From the sequence record LR745708: a stretch of 40,606 nt of DNA; one strand, given 5' to 3'. Positions 40,440-40,606 of this stretch are shown piece by piece. The number at the start of each line of letters is the position of its first letter. The first letter of the stretch is position 1. This stretch comes from Escherichia phage T7. The notes beneath the pieces are model-generated. The model was given only the letters and a program-made list of their open reading frames with translations. It searched no databases and was not told where the DNA came from. Position numbers and translations under genes: made by a program.

Positions 40440-40606
40440 AGAGTCAAGTCCTAAGGTATACCCATAAAGAGCCTCTAATGGTCTATCCTAAGGTCTATAC
40501 CTAAAGATAGGCCATCCTATCAGTGTCACCTAAAGAGGGTCTTAGAGAGGGCCTATGGAGTTCCTATAGGGTCCTTTAAAATATACCATAAAAATCTGAG
40601 TGACTA
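40440..40606. repeat. Right-end short CCTAAAG-like repeat region, ending immediately before the right terminal repeat
   Basis: cctaaggt..., acctaaagataggcc, cacctaaagaggg repeats; window ends ...aaatctgagtgacta, the sequence I recall directly preceding the terminal repeat. Confidence 0.6.

Overview
The window is an essentially complete, unit-length bacteriophage T7 genome: left terminal repeat at 1-160, all genes on the + strand in canonical T7 order, and the window stops exactly where the right terminal repeat would begin. It carries the expected E. coli promoters (A1-A3), 17 T7 RNA polymerase promoters, the TE and Tphi terminators and the RNase III processing hairpins. It is not wild type. 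The 3' end of tail-fibre gene 17 (from codon 467) is replaced by a GC-rich ~660-bp segment encoding a ~219-aa heterologous receptor-binding domain. From memory, and unverified, I recognise this as the C-type-lectin / variable-region end of the Bordetella phage BPP-1 Mtd protein. It carries a diversity-generating retroelement (DGR) target signature: an adenine-depleted variable region, a GC-only IMH-like 3' end, and an 8-bp GC stem with GAAA loop straddling the stop codon. Downstream are a terminator-like spacer, a duplicated copy of the gene 17 RBS, and a gene encoding a protein identical to E. coli thioredoxin (trxA), apparently synonymously recoded. No template repeat, reverse transcriptase or Avd is present, so the DGR target is orphaned in this window. 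The most likely reading is an engineered T7 with a chimeric tail fibre plus trxA marker, net insertion about 0.83 kb. All identifications rest on reading the sequence and on recalled T7 and DGR knowledge; no database search was run.
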